Shown: one piece after another, positions 63,580-64,000 of the stretch
Numbering within the stretch: position 1 is the first letter of the stretch
How the letters are laid out: the number at the start of each line of letters is the position of its first letter
Assembly: GCF_006345805.1 (NCBI RefSeq)
Contig: NC_042997.1
Coordinates: forward strand, 24,986,001 to 25,050,000
Reading direction: 5' to 3'
Length of the DNA stretch: 64,000 nt
DNA from: Octopus sinensis
Lineage: Eukaryota
Notes under the pieces: model-generated
Told to the model about the DNA's origin: nothing
Seen by the model: the letters and a program-made list of their open reading frames with translations, nothing else
Database searches by the model: none
Program-made: the position numbers and the translations under genes

Positions 63580-63825
63580 TGCGCCCTTTTAAAGCCTAGC
63601 TAGGCTCATGGGCCCGATTTCCCGGATTCTATGGCGTATGAGTTCCCTAGCTGGACGGGATGCCAGTCCATCGCAGCGTTACTCATTTTTGCCAGCTGAG
63701 TGGACTGGAGCAACGTGAAATAAAGTGTTTTGCTCAAGAACACAACGCGTCGCCCGGTCTAGGAATCGAAACCACAATGTTACGATCATGATGCTGACAC
63801 CCTAACCACTAAACCACGCGCCTCC
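63580..63825 (-). mobile_element. SINE with tRNA head and CORE-like, Meta-like and V-like blocks
   Basis: Head ggaggcgcgtggtttagtggttag..ggtttcgattcc; blocks at 63717-63743, 63679-63706 and 63651-63676. Confidence 0.8.
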
Positions 63826-63926
63826 ACGGATATCTGAAATATTCAACTGAATTCATGTTTGATTCGTCTAGTGCTTATAGATCTATGTCGTTGCTTTGAT
63901 TGAAGAACATGTATAAAGTTACCAGT

Positions 63927-64000
63927 GGAGGCGCAATGGCCCAGTGGTTAGGGCAGCGGACTCGCGGTCATAGGATCGCGGTTTCGATTCCCAGACCGGG
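63927..64000 (+). mobile_element. SINE F4 head, runs off the window
   Basis: Near-identical to the head at 12091. Confidence 0.9.

Overview
AT-rich eukaryotic DNA, very dense in microsatellites and retroposons. The repeat families suggest an octopus or other cephalopod (inference, not database-checked). Almost all ORFs in the supplied track are translated microsatellites or SINEs. Supported content: about 40 tRNA-derived SINE copies in several families (several with clear target-site duplications, TSDs); fragments of restriction-like-endonuclease (R4/Dong-like) LINEs; decayed Penelope-like elements; a mariner fragment; a Helitron 5' part plus a non-autonomous Helitron; and a few candidate exons of an unidentified minus-strand host gene spanning over 40 kb. 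The most notable signal is at 260-1223: a near-canonical type I hammerhead ribozyme fold (491-560, minus strand) inside a circularly permuted, partly inverted cassette with a unit of about 557 nt. That fits a Penelope pseudo-LTR or a retrozyme-like circular-RNA element. A second hammerhead-like family appears in three copies with compensatory stem changes. No CRISPR array, rRNA gene or genuine tRNA gene was supported.
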